Part shown: in pieces, positions 59,574 through 64,000 of the stretch
Position numbering within the stretch: the first letter of the stretch is position 1
Layout of the letters: every line of letters begins with the position of its first letter
Assembly (NCBI GenBank): GCA_965228855.1
Contig: CBDDIJ010000005.1
Coordinates: 896,001 to 960,000 of the forward strand
Length of the DNA stretch: 64,000 bases
Direction of reading: 5' to 3'
Source: Candidatus Obscuribacterales bacterium
GTDB taxonomy: Bacteria > Cyanobacteriota > Vampirovibrionia > Obscuribacterales > Obscuribacteraceae
Notes under the pieces: model-generated
Told to the model about the DNA's origin: nothing
Seen by the model: the letters and a program-made list of their open reading frames with translations, nothing else
Databases searched by the model: none
Position numbers and translations under genes: made by a program

Positions 59574-59605
59574 GGTTCAAAATTGTCATAACCATTCGAT
59601 AAATT
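59574..59605 (+). promoter_or_regulatory. Conserved box plus -10 element (copy 3)
   Basis: GGTTCAAAATTGTCAT-AACCATTCGA-TAAATT; 18/18 identical to copy 1 over the box. Confidence 0.7.
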
Positions 59606-59753
59606 AGAAGCATCGAAAAACGAGTGGCTCTCGAACGCAAGAATGCAACGAATCCATCGGCTTGATGGTCTGAACTCTCGGTTTTAAATCAGTTCTATCA
59701 CGGTCTCGAAGACGCAATCAACTTCAATCGTTTCTATTAAAGGAATAATTACT

Positions 59754-60647
59754 ATGTTTGAATCAAGCGATGCCGCAAACGGTTCGGCCAATAGCACCAC
59801 TGATAATACCAGTGCAGCGCTCTCTAGTTTCGCATTCGATTCAATGAAGGAAATGCGACCGTATCCGAAGCCGGATTTCAAGGCGATGAGCGAGCAGTCG
59901 AATCCAGTCGTCGAGTTCGGTCCAAAGGCCGTAGGTACGGTGGGAGCAGTCGGAGACAAAGGTCATGGCTGCGCATTACCCTCATTCACCGAACTTGAAC
60001 TTCCCAGCGATGCCGACCTCAACTCACCTGCAGATGCTGGCAGCGGGAAGACAGGCGATAAATCTAAGTGCGCAACACCTGAGGTCAAGGAGCCAGGTGT
60101 GAGCCACGATAATCCGAATCCGAGAAGCAGCGATGAATTAACCCAGGAAGCTCTAGACCGGATGGAAACCGAGATACGCCTCTACAATCTAACCCCCAAA
60201 GACGATTCGCCTTATGCGGAGCTGTCTAGAGAACTCAACCACGCATTCGTCTCCGGCGACCTGAAAGATTTTACAGATGTTTTGAAGAAAACCGACGACG
60301 TCCAACTTCGAGAAAAGTTAGTCAATGACCTGGATTCACGCCTTCAAAAGCTAGAGATGGATCTGCCCGGCGAAACGGAGATGAACTCATTTCTGGGAGA
60401 GTTCAATCTCTACGGCGAGGCACCGGGCAAATCGGCGGCGCTGGTTATCGACATGAGCACAACAGATGCAAAAACTGTAGACGCCAATGTTGACCGCTGG
60501 AAGCTTAACGACAATCTCTCGATTTCAACGATGAAGCCAATTGCTGACCTGGACATGAATCCGGAAGACCTGTTCCGCTCTTTGACCCGGGGTGAGGTCC
60601 ATTCGATCGCTAGAAGCAACGCGCCGATTGCCAGCCCGCTTTCCTGA
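59754..60647 (+). CDS. Hypothetical acidic protein, tandem paralog 2 of 3
   Basis: MFES start; LNHAFVSGDLKDFTDVL...LDSRLQKLE core. Confidence 0.85.
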   Translation: MFESSDAANGSANSTTDNTSAALSSFAFDSMKEMRPYPKPDFKAMSEQSNPVVEFGPKAVGTVGAVGDKGHGCALPSFTELELPSDADLNSPADAGSGKTGDKSKCATPEVKEPGVSHDNPNPRSSDELTQEALDRMETEIRLYNLTPKDDSPYAELSRELNHAFVSGDLKDFTDVLKKTDDVQLREKLVNDLDSRLQKLEMDLPGETEMNSFLGEFNLYGEAPGKSAALVIDMSTTDAKTVDANVDRWKLNDNLSISTMKPIADLDMNPEDLFRSLTRGEVHSIARSNAPIASPLS

Positions 60648-60694
60648 AGTCACGAAACGTCGCATCACCACATTACATCACAAGGACCCAACTC

Positions 60695-61381
60695 ATGTTT
60701 GAAACACACGATGCTGTCGGCAATCAGCCTGTTAACACCACTGATAGTACCAGCTCGATTTTATCCGGCTGCGCATTCGATTCGATGAAACAACTGGCTG
60801 GCTGCGCGCGACCATCCTTTGAAAACAAAGGCCCCTCCGAAAATCCAATCTCGGAAATTGGACCAAAGGTCGCTAAAGGGGTGGCGGAGACAATCGAAGC
60901 TGGACCGACAGACTCATCGAGTTTTGACGATCAGATCAAAATGTTGAATTCGTTTATCAAGGCAAACAGCCCGGAGGACCGCAAGCTAGCAGAAAACTTG
61001 AACAGTGCGTTCATTTCCGGTAACATCAACTCGTTTGCCGATGTTTTGCAATCAGCGTCCGGCGACCCGATGGAGCTAAGAAAAGCTGTCATGGCGCTAG
61101 ATGCTCGGCTAAACCTTCTCGAAGGTTCAAAGCCGGACAACGCACTAGACATGAAAATGTTGAATGGATTTGTATTCGTGTGGCCCGAGCGCGGCGGTCT
61201 ATCGAAGGCTCTTCAAATTGATACCAGGGATGGCGAGGTAAAAGCGTTTCCTTCAGTGGTGACTCGAGAGGGGACACCCCACATAAACGTCGAGCAAGAG
61301 CTCAACCTTGATTCGGCTTCGTTGTTTAGCTCTATGGTGCGAGACGAACTTGGAACACTGCGATATCCAACTCGCCGATAG
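60695..61381 (+). CDS. Hypothetical protein, tandem paralog 3 of 3
   Basis: MFET start; LNSAFISGNINSFADVL...LDARLNLLE core. Confidence 0.85.
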   Translation: MFETHDAVGNQPVNTTDSTSSILSGCAFDSMKQLAGCARPSFENKGPSENPISEIGPKVAKGVAETIEAGPTDSSSFDDQIKMLNSFIKANSPEDRKLAENLNSAFISGNINSFADVLQSASGDPMELRKAVMALDARLNLLEGSKPDNALDMKMLNGFVFVWPERGGLSKALQIDTRDGEVKAFPSVVTREGTPHINVEQELNLDSASLFSSMVRDELGTLRYPTRR

Positions 61382-61388
61382 ATACAAT

Positions 61389-62066
61389 CTACTGTGTCAG
61401 TTCAAACTTGTAACCGACACCATGGACGGTGCGGATTGCTGAATCTTCGTTCTCTTTATAGATCTTATTTCTGAGGCGCCTCATGCACGTTCTCAACGTG
61501 TCTGGTGAACGCTCCGAAGTTGCCGGCCAAACTCGGTCGAGTATAGCGTCATTGCTGAAAACCACGTTCTGGTTTTTCAAAAAGAATTCCATTAGGGCGA
61601 ATTCAATCGGAGACAATTTGATTTTCTCGCCACCTCGGTAGAATTCATGGGTCTTTGGATGAAGCTCCATGTCGCCGGCGCGGAGAACGTTCTCGACTAT
61701 CGCTTTGGGACGTTTCAACAACGCGCGAATGCGAGCAGATAGTTCTTTCATCGCGAATGGTTTGGGCAAGTAATCATCGGCGCCGACATCAAAACCGGCG
61801 AGCTTATCTTCGATAGCCGCTCGCGATGTTAGAAAGAGAATTGGCGTCTGACCGCCCCTGCTACGAAATTGGGTGCAGACTTCAATGCCTGTCATCTCCG
61901 GCATTTCCCAATCAAGAATCACGGCGTCATACTCAAACGCTTTCAAATGCTCCAGTGCATCAGCGCCGTTGTTCTTCCAATCAACGAAATAGTTTTCGTT
62001 CTCGAGCCAATCTACGATTGTCTCACCCAGTCCATGATCATCTTCGGCTAACAGAATCTTTGCCAT
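61389..62066 (-). CDS. OmpR/PhoB-family response regulator, close paralog of 43567..44238
   Basis: Shares ILDWEMP, GADDYLPKPF, IKLSPIEF, VVFSNDA, IRTVHGVGYKF. Confidence 0.96.
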   Translation of the reverse strand: MAKILLAEDDHGLGETIVDWLENENYFVDWKNNGADALEHLKAFEYDAVILDWEMPEMTGIEVCTQFRSRGGQTPILFLTSRAAIEDKLAGFDVGADDYLPKPFAMKELSARIRALLKRPKAIVENVLRAGDMELHPKTHEFYRGGEKIKLSPIEFALMEFFLKNQNVVFSNDAILDRVWPATSERSPDTLRTCMRRLRNKIYKENEDSAIRTVHGVGYKFELTQ

Positions 62067-62204
62067 ATGCTCAGCGAGTCGATATCGTTATTTGTAGGGA
62101 TTCCCAGGTTGCCTGATCCGGTGGATTCACACTAACGATTTGAAGATGGTCAAGACCGGATAAACTCGATGCAAAAATGATATCAGAAATCCGCCAGATA
62201 CAGT

Positions 62205-62237
62205 GAGAGCGTTTGTGCCGTAACATCAAACGCTCTC
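62205..62237 (-). terminator. Hairpin downstream of ftsH
   Basis: GAGAGCGTTTG / CAAACGCTCTC 11-bp inverted repeat just after the ftsH stop; no clear U tract. Confidence 0.5.
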
Positions 62238-62244
62238 TGAGATT

Positions 62245-63999
62245 CTAAGCGAAACTCGGTTTTAATTCCGGCGGCGGACCGTCGTCTTCCGGTTTTACAT
62301 TTGGAATTTTGATTTTGATTTCCTCTTCGACTGGCACCGATGATGGTGGCGCGGTCGGCGGGTCATCCATCGGCGAAGGATCGAGCGGCTCGTTGTTGGC
62401 GAGCTTGCGATTAACTTCAGCCATGATTGCGTCGACTTCGGCTCTCTCAAGCGTTTCCTTCTCGAGCAGCACACGTACGATGGCGTCCATGTGCGGTCTG
62501 TGCGTAGCGAGCAAATCTTTCACGCGAGTGTATTGCTCACTGACGATTTGGGAAACTTCGTCGTCGATAATCGAAGCGACGTTCTCACTGTAGTCACGCT
62601 CGTGACCGAAGTCACGTCCGAGGAAAACATGCTCATTGCGCTTACCGAAGGTTTGCGGTCCGAGTTTGTCACTCATACCGAACTCGGTCACCATGCGGCG
62701 AGCCAGCTTCGTGCTCTTCTCGAGGTCGTTCTGCGCGCCGGTCGTAACGTCACCGTAGACAAGTTCTTCAGCGACGCGGCCACCGAGTGCGACACCGATG
62801 AAGTCGATGAGCTGGCGCTTAGTTCTCGACAGCGCATCTTCATCAGGCAAGTACATCGTGACACCAAGGGCGAAACCACGAGGAATAATCGTAACCTTGT
62901 GAAGCGGGTCTGAGTGCGGCAGAAGGATGCCCATAAGAGCGTGACCGACTTCATGATACGCCGTCATCTTCTTCTCTTTTTCGGAGATGATGCGTGACTT
63001 CTTCTCAGGTCCGAGACTTACTTTGTCGATCGCCAGTTCAAGATCGCGCATGTCGATTTCGCGCTTGTCCTTGCGAGCCGCCTGGAGTGCGGCTTCGTTC
63101 AACAAATTAGACAGATCGGCACCGGTAAATCCTGGTGTTCTCTTTGCTAGTATTTTTACGTCAACGTCCTTCGCGAGCGGCTTGCCGCGACCATGCACGG
63201 AAAGAATCTGTTCGCGACCGAGCACATCAGGCGGATCGATTACGACCTGTCTGTCGAAACGACCTGGTCTCAAAAGCGCCGAGTCAAGGATGTCCGGTCT
63301 GTTGGTCGCAGCGACCACGATGATACCGGTAGAGCCTTCGAAACCATCCATCTCAACAAGCAATTGGTTGAGAGTCTGTTCGCGCTCGTCGTGACCGCCA
63401 CCGAGACCGGCGCCACGCTGGCGACCGACTGCGTCGATTTCGTCCACGAAGACGATACAAGGAGCATGTTTCTTAGCCTGGTCAAAGAGGTCTCTAACGC
63501 GCGATGCGCCGACCCCGACGAACATCTCTACGAAGTCGGAACCGGAGATGCTGAAGAAAGGCACGCCCGCTTCGCCGGCGACGGCTTTCGCGAGCAGCGT
63601 CTTACCGGTACCAGGAGCACCGACGAGCAGCACGCCGCGCGGTATGCGCGCCCCCAGCGCCTGGAACTTCTCAGGATTCTTCAGGAAATCGACAATCTCT
63701 TGAAGCTCTTGTTTGGCTTCGTCGATACCTGCAACGTCGCTGAAACTGACTTTGACTTTGTTGTCGACCATGAGTTTGGCGCGACTGCGCCCGAAGCTCA
63801 TAGCCTGATTGCCGCCCGACTGAGCGCTGCGGAACATGAACAGCAATCCGATGATAACGAGCACCGGCAAGAAGAATGAACTCAGCATGCCAAACCACAT
63901 GCCGGTTTTGTCTACATCTTTTGCGATAACCGTTATGCCGGCTTCATTGAGTTCCTTGATGAGCGACTCCTTCGCTTCAGTGGGAACGATAACCGGTTT
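62245..63999 (-). CDS. ftsH: ATP-dependent zinc metalloprotease FtsH, 5'-truncated by the window edge
   Basis: GAPGTGKT Walker [21 protein letters not shown]; the frame is open to the window end. Confidence 0.98.
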   Translation of the reverse strand, partial: KPVIVPTEAKESLIKELNEAGITVIAKDVDKTGMWFGMLSSFFLPVLVIIGLLFMFRSAQSGGNQAMSFGRSRAKLMVDNKVKVSFSDVAGIDEAKQELQEIVDFLKNPEKFQALGARIPRGVLLVGAPGTGKTLLAKAVAGEAGVPFFSISGSDFVEMFVGVGASRVRDLFDQAKKHAPCIVFVDEIDAVGRQRGAGLGGGHDEREQTLNQLLVEMDGFEGSTGIIVVAATNRPDILDSALLRPGRFDRQVVIDPPDVLGREQILSVHGRGKPLAKDVDVKILAKRTPGFTGADLSNLLNEAALQAARKDKREIDMRDLELAIDKVSLGPEKKSRIISEKEKKMTAYHEVGHALMGILLPHSDPLHKVTIIPRGFALGVTMYLPDEDALSRTKRQLIDFIGVALGGRVAEELVYGDVTTGAQNDLEKSTKLARRMVTEFGMSDKLGPQTFGKRNEHVFLGRDFGHERDYSENVASIIDDEVSQIVSEQYTRVKDLLATHRPHMDAIVRVLLEKETLERAEVDAIMAEVNRKLANNEPLDPSPMDDPPTAPPSSVPVEEEIKIKIPNVKPEDDGPPPELKPSFA

Positions 64000-64000
64000 G

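Noticed and set aside
58549..59605. CRISPR-like repeat interpretation of the 18-bp box
   Set aside because: Irregular spacing (192 and 833 bp), no cas genes, and fixed linkage to -10 elements fits promoters better.
1..64000. tRNA, rRNA, integrase, transposase, reverse transcriptase or prophage genes
   Set aside because: No diagnostic motifs seen by eye; tRNAscan/Infernal were not run.

Overview
64 kb of a bacterial chromosome. The taxon is inferred, not proven, to be a non-photosynthetic Cyanobacteriota lineage (Vampirovibrionia/Melainabacteria, Obscuribacterales-like). The basis is cyanobacterial-type FtsH and ClpC N-domain, no photosynthesis genes in this window, and many Ser/Thr kinase, TPR, HEAT, LRR and EF-hand proteins. 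Housekeeping genes (tyrS, leuS, a CapD/PglF-type dehydratase, larE, larB, ppk2, partial ftsH) are mixed with accessory genes: an XRE/PIN toxin-antitoxin pair, S8, M1, calpain-like and CAAX peptidases, a GH76-like protein, an acyl desaturase, SMI1/KNR4 proteins, an AraC-SnoaL cluster and several decayed genes. I found no rRNA, tRNA, CRISPR array or transposase. The best candidate for an undescribed system is a signalling module with four parts. (1) Two translationally coupled PAS histidine kinases have reciprocal defects: 44969..47140 keeps the ATP-binding domain but lacks the canonical phosphoacceptor His, and 47137..49416 keeps the His but has lost the ATP-binding boxes. (2) There are two closely paralogous OmpR/PhoB regulators. 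(3) An 18-bp box (GGTTCAAAATTGTCATAA-like) occurs four times, each with its TGTCAT-like core exactly 10 nt upstream of a -10 element. (4) One copy of the box appears to drive an unannotated ~150-nt structured sRNA with GGA-containing loops; the other three precede lineage-specific genes that point at the regulators.
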